56,503 nt of DNA from a virus. Taxonomy: Duplodnaviria; Caudoviricetes. The notes beneath the pieces were generated by a model. It did not search any database and was not told where the DNA came from. It saw only the letters and a list, made by a program, of their open reading frames with translations. Positions 35,490 through 44,163 of this stretch are shown in pieces (positions within the stretch are counted from its first letter, which is position 1; every line of letters begins with the position of its first letter). The translations under genes were made by a program, and so were the position numbers. The stretch is taken from positions 1 through 56,503 of IMG/VR virus record IMGVR_UViG_3300037478_000558; one strand, given 5' to 3'.

Positions 35490-35924
35490 ATGGAACTCGA
35501 CGACCCGGAGCTGTGGCGCTCCTACCACGCAGCAGTGGCGCTCTGGGCCCCGCGCCGAGTGAGCGAGGGCCACCCGCCGCGCACGGTGCTTCTGCGCTAT
35601 CGATACGATTGGGGTGAGCTCGAGGAGATAGACGATAGACCCTGCGGGCGGTACCCATCACAGCAGGAGTGGACGATTTCGATCCCGCTTCCAGCACTCG
35701 TGCGGGGGCGCACCCGCAGTGATTGCCAGACCAAGCGCAATCACGGCTACTGCACGGACTATGGTCCGTTCTCTCTGCTGCTGTGGCCGAGTGACGACCG
35801 TATATTGGTAGTCGGACGGCAATACACCAGTCTATGCCGTTTCCTCTCGGTCACCACGCACCTGGTGGCCTATGAAATGGGCTTGGCAGAGGGCGATGTT
35901 ATTGCCCTCTCCGAGATGCCGTAA
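35490..35924 (+). CDS. Hypothetical protein
   Basis: Preceded by GCGCCTCCGGGCGC hairpin and AGGAG. Confidence 0.6.
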   Translation: MELDDPELWRSYHAAVALWAPRRVSEGHPPRTVLLRYRYDWGELEEIDDRPCGRYPSQQEWTISIPLPALVRGRTRSDCQTKRNHGYCTDYGPFSLLLWPSDDRILVVGRQYTSLCRFLSVTTHLVAYEMGLAEGDVIALSEMP

Positions 35925-35966
35925 AGCGTTTCACTTTTACCGCGCCTACCGGGCGCAGGAGCCACG
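35914..35966 (+). repeat. Intergenic hairpin/RBS module A, copy 2
   Basis: Near-identical to 33512-33564. Confidence 0.85.
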
Positions 35967-35969
35967 ACG

Positions 35970-36584
35970 ATGAATTTCGACACGATTCGTACCGTGCTGG
36001 CACTCCCAGCGATCCAGTATGAGCTGGGCACCGTCCACCCCGACGAGGTGGCCTTGCTGGCCACCCTGCTCGATCTTGACGACTCGATCGCAGAGCTTCC
36101 CTTCGCTCAGAGCCGCGCCGACCGCGACGCCTGGACGCTCCTGCTGGTGTCCCAGACGGTCGCGCGGACCGGCGGGATGGCCGAGTACCGCGAGCTGCTC
36201 CGCGCACTCCAGCCCGCGACGCCCGGGTTCGCGGACGACTCCGCGGCGTTTCAGAAAATTCGACAGGCCCGCGGCTGGGAAATTACCTGGCGTCGCACCC
36301 GGGACCTGCGCGAGGTCACGCGCGCCGAGCTGTCCGGCGCACAGCTCTGCCGCTGGTCGATCGATGGATCGTGGATATGGATCGATGCCCGGACGGGCGA
36401 GACAGAGCCCTACCAGCAGTGCCCGGGCGGCGCGGCGGAGACCCAGCGCGTCGAGGATGGCCGGCTCATCATCGAGTGGTACGGCGAGGAGAACGAGCCG
36501 GAGGCCACGGTCGAGATGGCCTCGGCCGGTGGCTGGATCGAGATCCTCACGGTGCACCGGACGTCGGACCCGGAGGAGGAGTAG
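35970..36584 (+). CDS. Hypothetical acidic protein
   Basis: Starts after module A RBS. Confidence 0.65.
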   Translation: MNFDTIRTVLALPAIQYELGTVHPDEVALLATLLDLDDSIAELPFAQSRADRDAWTLLLVSQTVARTGGMAEYRELLRALQPATPGFADDSAAFQKIRQARGWEITWRRTRDLREVTRAELSGAQLCRWSIDGSWIWIDARTGETEPYQQCPGGAAETQRVEDGRLIIEWYGEENEPEATVEMASAGGWIEILTVHRTSDPEEE

Positions 36585-37043
36585 ATGCCGCATGTCCCAT
36601 GGGCGGAGATCGACGGCCGCGACCCGGACAACGCCCGGCTATACGCGTGCTACACGCTCGCGGATGGCGGCCTCTGTTGCGTGTCCTGTGCAGTCGCGGG
36701 CCGGTGTCCACCGTCTGAGAGAAGCGGGATGTACCGGCGTGACGATAAACCCGGTCGTGCTCCCTGCGCGATCTGTGGAGGACGGATTAATTTTGGCCCG
36801 TTGAAGATCCAGTGGAGCGCGGCGATACTGGCGGAGTTGGCTATCGCCGAAAAGTGGCCGATAGACAACTGGCAGGCCAAGAGCTGCGACTACGCTCCAC
36901 CGCGTGATCCAGAGGTGGAGCGGAAAGAGCCAGAGATCGGAGGGTTTTGGTATCGCGTCGGGTGCCCCGATGGTACTTGGCGTGTCCCACCGCCTGATTA
37001 CGATGCGGTGGCCAAGATGATCTACCAGAACGCTCGCCGGTGA
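36585..37043 (+). CDS. Hypothetical protein with Zn-finger-like CxxC pairs
   Basis: ADGGLCCVSC...CAICG; RBS GAGGAG. Confidence 0.55.
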   Translation: MPHVPWAEIDGRDPDNARLYACYTLADGGLCCVSCAVAGRCPPSERSGMYRRDDKPGRAPCAICGGRINFGPLKIQWSAAILAELAIAEKWPIDNWQAKSCDYAPPRDPEVERKEPEIGGFWYRVGCPDGTWRVPPPDYDAVAKMIYQNARR

Positions 37044-37128
37044 CCTGGCCAGCGCCCGCGGTGCGACGTGGGCGCGAGCGAGACCATGAGGCTGAGTGCC
37101 TACCCGCGGCCTTGTAGCGGGCAGGAGA

Positions 37129-37668
37129 ATGGATATGGTAATCACACGACAGCTCAGCGCGGCGACCGAGCGGCTCGGCGACGTCACGCGAGACGTGGAC
37201 GGATACGAGATGCTCGGGTCGTCTGACGGCCTCGGGGTGCTGATGGCACCCTCTGGATCTCTCACCGTCGTCGGGCGGCCAGAAGATACAGACTGGGCCA
37301 CAGTGCGTGGAGCACGCCTCGGCGTGACGCTCTGCCGGATGCGCGCCCGGAAGCTGCTCGACGAGGCCCGCCAGCACGCTGTCCGGACCGGACAGATCGT
37401 CCAGTCTTGTGTTGGCCGCCGAGGATTCGTGTCCTCGGCCGAGGACGTGTGGCACGAGACGTGGCACCGCCCGGACTGGCTTTGGCTCGACCACGACCGG
37501 CACCTATTTGCAGTCGAGATTGCCGGCGGACCTATTGACGTGGTTGGTGCAGGGCGGATTACGACTGACGTGATCCGCCTCCACCTTGTCGCCTCGTTGC
37601 GCGACGCCGGCCAGCGCAACGTGTTCCAGGATCTACAGTATCCGGGCCCTTCGGTCCGGTACCAATAG
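37129..37668 (+). CDS. Hypothetical protein
   Basis: RBS AGGAG after a hairpin. Confidence 0.55.
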   Translation: MDMVITRQLSAATERLGDVTRDVDGYEMLGSSDGLGVLMAPSGSLTVVGRPEDTDWATVRGARLGVTLCRMRARKLLDEARQHAVRTGQIVQSCVGRRGFVSSAEDVWHETWHRPDWLWLDHDRHLFAVEIAGGPIDVVGAGRITTDVIRLHLVASLRDAGQRNVFQDLQYPGPSVRYQ

Positions 37669-37805
37669 CTAGTTTACGAGGGCCGCTCCCCTCTGATTTT
37701 GAGCGCACACCGGGCGGGGTGTGCGCGTCATTCCAGGCATAGCCGCCACTATGCCTTGTTCATCGCCTTTCGGCGCACTGGGCGGGGTGCGCATGGAGAT
37801 TCGAA

Positions 37806-38483
37806 GTGATTCGTATTCTGTTTCTGTGTTTGTGTTTGATTCTGTCGTTTTTGGCGGCCCCCGCGTTTGCCGGCGGCCCCGATGATGATGACCCCCCGAT
37901 GACCCCGGCCGAGCGCGCGCAGATGGAGCACGACCTTCGCGGCTTGGGGCAGGAGATCGACAAGCATCTCGAGTCGGATGGCGGCGAGAGAAACGCTCGC
38001 CTCTGGGGAGAGATCGTGCTCCAGCACGAGCTCGGACAACTCTTCAAAAAGGCTGTACCGGAGTGGTGCAGCACGCCCACGAGGCCGATCCTGGCCTTGC
38101 CTGATGGCGCGAAGGTTCCATTCCCATGGGCACGACCAGGGGAAGACGGAAAAGCGGATCTCGCCCGCGTCTTCACCTCGCTGATCCCATGGCAGACATC
38201 CGTCGTGAGCGGCGCCACCGAGTCGCACGGCGCCGCACAGATCCTGACGATCACGCCTACGATCGTCTACAACACGTGGAGGCGGGTCGCCACGTGGGCA
38301 GAAAAGGAGGCTACCACGTCGCGCTCGACAACGAATAGAACCTGTTGGCTCGGGGTCGCCGCAGGCGCGTCCTCGATCAGCGAGACGGGCACGTTCTTTA
38401 TCAAGACTGGCAAGATGATTCTCCGGGAAACACCGGAGATTGCCGCCACCATCGCCCGCGCCATCGCGGCCGGATTGCTGTGA
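37806..38483 (+). CDS. Secreted hypothetical protein
   Basis: Sec signal ending APAFA; RBS GGAG. Confidence 0.6.
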   Translation: MIRILFLCLCLILSFLAAPAFAGGPDDDDPPMTPAERAQMEHDLRGLGQEIDKHLESDGGERNARLWGEIVLQHELGQLFKKAVPEWCSTPTRPILALPDGAKVPFPWARPGEDGKADLARVFTSLIPWQTSVVSGATESHGAAQILTITPTIVYNTWRRVATWAEKEATTSRSTTNRTCWLGVAAGASSISETGTFFIKTGKMILRETPEIAATIARAIAAGLL

Positions 38484-38488
38484 TCGCC

Positions 38489-38890
38489 ATGAAGACGATC
38501 ATCGTCGCGACCATCGCCGCACTGTTAGTGGGCTGCTTGCCCTCGGTGCAACAGACGACCTGGAGCGCCCAACCCGGCGCCGTCGTGACGCTCACCGCGG
38601 AACGGGCGCCCGCGCAAGCGTGGGTGCAGCAGTGCCGCGCCCTCCGCAATGGAGGCACGCTGCCAATCATCGGTGCACTCCTCGCTGGCAGTGCGTCTGG
38701 CGCCGCTGCCGGCGCCTCCATGGCAGCCGATAGCGGCGGGACCGTGCTCAATGTCGGCGCCGCGATCGGCGCCGCTGTGACCCTCTATCTTGGCGTTCGC
38801 TCATGGTATGGCGCGCGCCTCTATAGCTCCGCGTGCATGGCCTGGGATGGCGCGGAGAAGCCTCGAACCCTTGCCACGCTCCCCCTGTAG
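38489..38890 (+). CDS. Lipoprotein with two C-terminal TM/Gly-zipper segments
   Basis: MKTIIVATIAALLVG-C lipobox. Confidence 0.65.
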   Translation: MKTIIVATIAALLVGCLPSVQQTTWSAQPGAVVTLTAERAPAQAWVQQCRALRNGGTLPIIGALLAGSASGAAAGASMAADSGGTVLNVGAAIGAAVTLYLGVRSWYGARLYSSACMAWDGAEKPRTLATLPL

Positions 38891-38973
38891 CCTGTCGCGC
38901 GCTTCGACAGCCTCACCAGTGCGATTGGTGGGGCGATCGAGGCCACGACGGCCACGAAAAAGGATCTGCTCGC

Positions 38974-39144
38974 ATGCGCCCGAAAATCGCTATTGCTGCT
39001 CTCTCGGTGGTGATGGGGGCCTGGAACTCGTTCGTCCAGATTTGCCACCCAATCGCCACCGACCACCCCGAGATCGATCAGTCGATTACCGCGATCGATG
39101 CCTTGATCCAAGATCTCGCCGAACGCCTGACGAGGCTGTTTTGA
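38974..39144 (+). CDS. Small hypothetical membrane/secreted protein
   Basis: RBS AAGGA; hydrophobic N-terminus. Confidence 0.45.
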   Translation: MRPKIAIAALSVVMGAWNSFVQICHPIATDHPEIDQSITAIDALIQDLAERLTRLF

Positions 39145-39146
39145 CC

Positions 39147-39380
39147 ATGGCGATCTTCAAGATCTACCCACTTCGCCCAACTGCGAAGCGCGTCGCCAAA
39201 TGGACCGCGATCCGCTGGCATCGATGCCGACACCGGCACCACCTCCGTGCATGGATCCGCGCCGATCCGCGCTCGCAAGAGGAGCTGATCGCTATGCTGC
39301 GCTGGCAATACCACCGCTCACGGCTCCGCGATCTTGGAGATCTTCGAGCGAAGGTGATATTGCAAGTACAGATAACCTGA
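39147..39380 (+). CDS. Hypothetical basic protein
   Basis: Fills gap in operon. Confidence 0.4.
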   Translation: MAIFKIYPLRPTAKRVAKWTAIRWHRCRHRHHLRAWIRADPRSQEELIAMLRWQYHRSRLRDLGDLRAKVILQVQIT

Positions 39381-39405
39381 TTCAACTTCTGGAAAGGAGC
39401 CACGA

Positions 39406-40386
39406 ATGGCAAAGACCACCGCACCGAAGCAGAAGCCCTCGCGCGTCGCCCGCACCGAGGCCGGAGGAAAGTCCAGGGACGGCTTCAGCCTTCCCCCTCA
39501 CCGCGTATACATCGTCGGCGTGGACACCCAGCACGGGCAGGAGCACCCGCTCTTCAAGCCCGACATCGTCGAGCTCTCCCGGCGCGGGGAATACGACGAT
39601 CTCACCCTGCGGAGCATCGACTCCGAGGGGGTATTCCAGCCGGTTCGCGTGGTCCTGGTTCGCGTCGCTACCGACGATCGCCGTTGGCCTGATGAGTGCC
39701 GCGGCAAGTCGGTGCACGTCTGTCTCGCCGGACGCCACCGCATCTATCACGCTCGCAAGGTAGTGAAGGATCGCTACGAATCCGGTCGGATCAAAGAGCT
39801 GACCGATTGGCAAGTCGACTGCATCCTGGAGACTCGTACCGACCTCAGGACGCTCACCAGGATCTCCCGTGACGAAAACCTGCTCAAGCGCAAGGTGAGC
39901 CCCATCGAGTTGGGCGTCAACGTGATCCAGGAGATCGCCACCGGCCTGACCATGGAGGCTCTAAGCGAGAGCACCGAGTATTCGGTACCCCAGCTCAAGC
40001 GCTTCATGGCCATCGCCTCCCAGGGGTGCCCGGAGCTCCACGACGCTGTCCGGGCGGGCATGTCGATCACTGCCGCTTCCAGGATCGCCATGCTCGACGA
40101 CGACGAGCAGCGCGATGTTCTCGCCGGCACCACGCCGGACGACTCGGACCACGAGATCATGCAGAAGCTCGACATCGCCAAGGGAAAGCCGGCGCGCATC
40201 AAGCCGCCGACGCCCAAGCGGTGGAAGATGGCAGCCCAGCGCATTGTCGTCCAATTCGAGGCCGACAACGAGCCAGCGTGGAGCGATCGCGAATTGGAGC
40301 TGTTCCGGATCGTCACCGGCCAGATCGCGATCGACGATGCAGGCGAGGATCTCCGTCAGCTCTTCGCCGATGGCGAGGCCGCGTGA
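39406..40386 (+). CDS. ParB/RepB/Spo0J family protein
   Basis: SI..EGVFQPV.V, LAGRHRI, ENLLKR..SPIE motifs and an HTH. Confidence 0.8.
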   Translation: MAKTTAPKQKPSRVARTEAGGKSRDGFSLPPHRVYIVGVDTQHGQEHPLFKPDIVELSRRGEYDDLTLRSIDSEGVFQPVRVVLVRVATDDRRWPDECRGKSVHVCLAGRHRIYHARKVVKDRYESGRIKELTDWQVDCILETRTDLRTLTRISRDENLLKRKVSPIELGVNVIQEIATGLTMEALSESTEYSVPQLKRFMAIASQGCPELHDAVRAGMSITAASRIAMLDDDEQRDVLAGTTPDDSDHEIMQKLDIAKGKPARIKPPTPKRWKMAAQRIVVQFEADNEPAWSDRELELFRIVTGQIAIDDAGEDLRQLFADGEAA

Positions 40387-40754
40387 TGGATATCCTCGAT
40401 GCTCCGCCGACTGTCCAGCGCCAGCGCTCGGAGATAGCCGCCAGCGCCATAGCCGAGATGCGCGTCGATACCGCATACATCCAGGCCCAGGCGGCTGGAT
40501 TCGTTCCTGCCGGCCTGCATCGCCGGGATGGACAGGATCGCGCTCTCCTGATCGGCAAGCTCGACGGCCAGTGGACACACGTGTTCGCACCGTTCGCCCG
40601 AGCAGATCGCGCGCGCATCTTCGAGCCTATCTACCTCGCCCGCCTCTGGTTCGACGAGCAGACAGACGGCCGCACGCGCGATGAGCGCAAAGGAAAGCAG
40701 ATGTCCCTGCTCGCCCGGTGCGTGCGCGCCCGGGGCCGCTCCTTGCTCGTCTGA
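40386..40754 (+). CDS. Hypothetical protein
   Basis: TGATG coupling with ParB-like gene. Confidence 0.55.
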   Translation: MDILDAPPTVQRQRSEIAASAIAEMRVDTAYIQAQAAGFVPAGLHRRDGQDRALLIGKLDGQWTHVFAPFARADRARIFEPIYLARLWFDEQTDGRTRDERKGKQMSLLARCVRARGRSLLV

Positions 40755-40770
40755 GCGGACCCGGAGCGCG

Positions 40771-41091
40771 TCAGATCTCGCTCGACTTCTCCCCCTTCCC
40801 CTTCTGCACCTGCTTCGCCTCCGGCTTACTGAGACGCGCTCCAAGGCTCTCCGCGCCCTCGAGCACCCGCTCGAACACGGACCGGATGACCGGCGCCGGA
40901 TAGCCCTTGCTGGCCGCGCTCACGCGCTCGAGCACTGCGGCTTCCTCGACCTGGTCGCGCACCGGCGATCCCATGGCCTTCAGCTCCTCGCGCACCAGCC
41001 GCGCCCTCTCATCGAGCAGGGCTACCAGCCGGCTATCCACGGTTGCGATCTTGCGGCGGGCAGCCGCCAAGCGATCATTCTGTCCACTCAT
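40771..41091 (-). CDS. AroQ-type chorismate mutase-like protein
   Basis: L...R.KI..VD..LV.LL.ER...PVRD...E..VLER...IRSVFE pattern; RBS GAGGT. Confidence 0.62.
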   Translation of the reverse strand: MSGQNDRLAAARRKIATVDSRLVALLDERARLVREELKAMGSPVRDQVEEAAVLERVSAASKGYPAPVIRSVFERVLEGAESLGARLSKPEAKQVQKGKGEKSSEI

Positions 41092-41614
41092 AATTGCACC
41101 TCGGGCAGCAATGGATTGTTTCTGGCCCCTCGCCTTCCGGGGGCTCATTCGGTTCGCTCTTGTCGTCTTCGCTGGCCAGGATACCCGCGAGCTCGCGCTC
41201 GGTGAAGAGCGCCGACAGGTCAAAACCATCCGCCACATCCGCCGCTATCACCGCCGGATCGAAGTCGAGATCCACCTGCCCGACCCGGTTGTCGGCATAG
41301 GCCAGCTCGCGGGCCTTGCCGCCCGGCTCGTCCAGGTCGAGGTCGGTACGACGCACGACCACGAGCTGACGGCCATCGGTCTCGACGATGATGGCGTCCT
41401 CGATCCCGATCTCGACAGCCTTCTGCCGGGTCTTGTTCCCCGCGATGATCCTTCCCTCGCGGTCCACAAGGATCGATCGACCTGCCCCTAGATGGCGAAG
41501 CGAGCGCTCGAGCATGGAGTCGCCCCGGGGCGTTCCCCGGTTGGCGTTCCTCTGGTCGTCCTGGAGATCTTCGAGCTTCGCCCGCTCGACCTTCGGCGCC
41601 TTCCGGCGCGTCAC
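41075..41614 (-). CDS. ParB-like N-terminal (ParB/Srx) domain protein with C-terminal CxxC
   Basis: D.RNAN, SL...GAGRSILVD.EG.IIAGN, LAYADNR and CPRC..EW motifs. Confidence 0.78.
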   Translation of the reverse strand: MTRRKAPKVERAKLEDLQDDQRNANRGTPRGDSMLERSLRHLGAGRSILVDREGRIIAGNKTRQKAVEIGIEDAIIVETDGRQLVVVRRTDLDLDEPGGKARELAYADNRVGQVDLDFDPAVIAADVADGFDLSALFTERELAGILASEDDKSEPNEPPEGEGPETIHCCPRCNYEWTE

Positions 41615-41898
41615 GAATCGATCCTCACCGGCACGTCTTCCGGCACCGCCAGCGGCTCACCGTACCCCTCTCCGTCCACAACGAAGCGGACGAACGCGGT
41701 CCCGGACACCCGGAACGCGACTCGCCCGCGCGCGATCGGCGCCTGCTCCTTATCCTGCCCATCTTGCGTCGTGGGCGGCCCAGCAAGGAACTGCACGACC
41801 TGCCCGGGCATGGCATCCGACAGCATCCCCTTGCCCGTCTTCCGCTTGCCGCGCTTGGCCGGCCTCTTATCCAGCTCTCCGCTGTCCTGCTCGTGCAT
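41611..41898 (-). CDS. Hypothetical protein
   Basis: RBS GGAGG; coupled to neighbours. Confidence 0.5.
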   Translation of the reverse strand: MHEQDSGELDKRPAKRGKRKTGKGMLSDAMPGQVVQFLAGPPTTQDGQDKEQAPIARGRVAFRVSGTAFVRFVVDGEGYGEPLAVPEDVPVRIDS

Positions 41899-42238
41899 GT
41901 GCCCTCCGTTCGTGCTCCGCGATGATGTCGCGCGAGTTGTCCGCGAGGAACGGCTCGGCCCCTCGCCACCGCTGGATCCAGCGCGCCTGCTTCTCTCCCA
42001 GGCGGCGATCCATCCCGGAGAACTCGCCACCATGGGCTACCTGGGCGAGCGTGAGCCGCTTGCCGGCCTTCTCGACCTTGATCTCGACGAGCATATCGAG
42101 ACCTTCGCGACCTATCAGAAGGTCTACCTCGCCATCCGTCCCGGCGAGACGTTGCACCGAAAATCCGTCAGCCACCAGATCGCGGACGATGTCCGGCTCG
42201 TTCGCATCTCGCCGGCTCGGCTTCGCGTTCCATCTCAT
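41867..42238 (-). CDS. VRR-NUC-like PD-(D/E)XK nuclease (putative resolvase)
   Basis: RRDANEPDIV..L, VDLLIG, LVEIK and LT.AQ motifs. Confidence 0.72.
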   Translation of the reverse strand: MRWNAKPSRRDANEPDIVRDLVADGFSVQRLAGTDGEVDLLIGREGLDMLVEIKVEKAGKRLTLAQVAHGGEFSGMDRRLGEKQARWIQRWRGAEPFLADNSRDIIAEHERRAHARAGQRRAG

Positions 42239-42263
42239 GCCATTACCTGATGGTGCTCATCAT

Positions 42264-43064
42264 TCACCTACTGAATACTGGTTGCGGGATCTGAGAAAAC
42301 CTTTCCCCATCCAGAAGAGGAAGCTCGATCTTGATACCGTTGTTGACAAACTGCTTCAGGAAGAATGCCACACCGTGCGGATGTGCAGCATCCCGCACGT
42401 CGCGGAACCACTGCCGGTCAGTTGGCCTGTGCTGTCCACGTCGGCCACTTTCCTCCCCGCCGATAATCCAGTCAAGGCTACGATTCGCCGTGCCACCCAT
42501 GCACCACGGCTCGAAGTCAACGGGACCCAGGGCCGGCTCATACGAGCAAAACCGGACCACGGCACGATAGGCAATCAGCCTCGCTAGGCGCCATTCCGTG
42601 GCCTCGTGGCCCACGGTTACGCCAAGCCAGACGTTGCGCGGGAAGCCATGCTTCACCCATTCCTTGGGCGCCTTCTGGCCGATCATGTTGGGCCGCTTCG
42701 TGAGCAGCAGCCAGTCGAGATTCGTGGTCTTCGAGATCAAGTCCCACACTCGCGCGCGCTGGGCGTCGAGCATGCGATCGATCTCCGGGTTGCGATGCTT
42801 CTCGAAGATGTCTGCCATGGATGCGCAAAACACGCGGTGCCGCTCACCTGCGCGCGCGGCTGCCCGGTCCCACTTGAGCGGCTGCTTCCAATACGCCTCG
42901 GACATCTCCAGACGCGGTGCATCCGGGCCCCAGTGCTCACCGCTGCGCCAACGGCCGTCGAGCTCACGCGCATAGCAGTTATCGCACTCGGCCGAGACCT
43001 CGACGCATCCCCACCACGGATTTAGTGTGTGATGCGTCCATCCGATCTTGCTGAATTCGCCCAC
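42264..43064 (-). CDS. DUF5131 (phage Gp37/Gp68, radical-SAM-like) protein
   Basis: IGWTHHTLNPWWGC..VS.ECDNCYA, VFCASMADIF, LLTKRP, DWIIGGEESG. Confidence 0.92.
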   Translation of the reverse strand: MGEFSKIGWTHHTLNPWWGCVEVSAECDNCYARELDGRWRSGEHWGPDAPRLEMSEAYWKQPLKWDRAAARAGERHRVFCASMADIFEKHRNPEIDRMLDAQRARVWDLISKTTNLDWLLLTKRPNMIGQKAPKEWVKHGFPRNVWLGVTVGHEATEWRLARLIAYRAVVRFCSYEPALGPVDFEPWCMGGTANRSLDWIIGGEESGRRGQHRPTDRQWFRDVRDAAHPHGVAFFLKQFVNNGIKIELPLLDGERFSQIPQPVFSR

Positions 43065-43474
43065 TATGCCCCCTCATGCTCTGCAATCGCCTTGGCAGCG
43101 GCATCCCGAACAGCCCAAAGGCCAAGCCGGCCATGACACCAGATCGGCTCTGGGAGAACATCCACGTCTTCCAGTCTCCAGCCGAACGGTCCGATCCACC
43201 ATTCCCGCTGCGATTCGTCGAGATCCACCTTGGACCGAACGATCTCCACGATCCTTGCCGTTGCCACGATCCGCCGCCTGGGCATTTCCTCCGGCAATTC
43301 GTATCCCTTGGCACGCAAGCGCCGGACGATCTCCTGATCGACTCTTCTCCCCGCATGGATCGCGATGCGTTCGCCGATCATTGCCTGCGGAGGTCTCCAG
43401 CTCCGATTCTCGATCCGCTTGCCCAGGTGACACACAGCGTGTGCCCATGGCTGCCGTAGCGTCAGCGCTTTCAT
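43064..43474 (-). CDS. ASCH domain protein
   Basis: MKALTLRQPWA...GK.IENRSW..IAIHAG. Confidence 0.88.
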   Translation of the reverse strand: MKALTLRQPWAHAVCHLGKRIENRSWRPPQAMIGERIAIHAGRRVDQEIVRRLRAKGYELPEEMPRRRIVATARIVEIVRSKVDLDESQREWWIGPFGWRLEDVDVLPEPIWCHGRLGLWAVRDAAAKAIAEHEGA

Positions 43475-44163
43475 CGGGCATCCTCCGGCGCCTGATTGCC
43501 CCAGACCGTCCACGCCTCGCTATACCGCTGGCGTGCGTACAGTTCCAGATACGGCCCCTCGAACAGCTCTTCGATGAGCGAATATTGGATATCCGGCTTG
43601 GCCGAATGATTGCCCTTGCCGCCCGCGTGCGTGCCCCGCTGGGCGATGAGCCCGGGGCCACGATCGACCACGAGCCCGGGCACGTCGTGCCGCTTCACCT
43701 TGGCCTTGCCCGCGCGGCAAAGCATCAGCCTCTCGTCCATGATCTCGACGGCCGCGCCCTTTGCCGCCGCGATGCAGGGCTCCGATACCAAGCGCGCATA
43801 GTGCCCACCGCCAAGCCGCGGCGCCCCCTTCGAATCGACCTTGATCCACGGCCACATCTGCCGTGGCTCGAAGCCCCACGCGCGCGCCACCTTGGCGCCG
43901 GTGCCGTCGAGGATGAGCGCATCCGGGCACCACAGCAGGAGGAAAGCATCCTCCGGCGTGACCGTGCGCAGGAGCGGCGCCATGCCGAGGATGTCCTCGA
44001 TGGTCTGGGTCTGGTAGATGGGTCGCTCTCGGCCCTTGCCGCGGTACTCGGGGGCGAGACGTGAGCCGGTGTCCTTGAACGGCCACGCCGGATCGGCAAG
44101 GATCGTTCTGAACTTCTTTCCGCGAAACTCGATGGCCAGCTCGACTGCCTTCAGCAACTCCAT
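43471..44163 (-). CDS. MT-A70 family N6-adenine methyltransferase
   Basis: ILADPAW, HSAKP, LELYARQ and WTVWGNQ motifs. Confidence 0.88.
   Translation of the reverse strand: MELLKAVELAIEFRGKKFRTILADPAWPFKDTGSRLAPEYRGKGRERPIYQTQTIEDILGMAPLLRTVTPEDAFLLLWCPDALILDGTGAKVARAWGFEPRQMWPWIKVDSKGAPRLGGGHYARLVSEPCIAAAKGAAVEIMDERLMLCRAGKAKVKRHDVPGLVVDRGPGLIAQRGTHAGGKGNHSAKPDIQYSLIEELFEGPYLELYARQRYSEAWTVWGNQAPEDAR

Noticed and set aside
33512-35966. Integron attC array
   Set aside because: Modules lack RYYYAAC/GTTRRRY ends, and the integrase is a distant phage-type enzyme with its own attP candidate
37044-37128. Second ribozyme in a structured intergenic gap
   Set aside because: Hairpins present but no hammerhead, twister or HDV core motifs recognised
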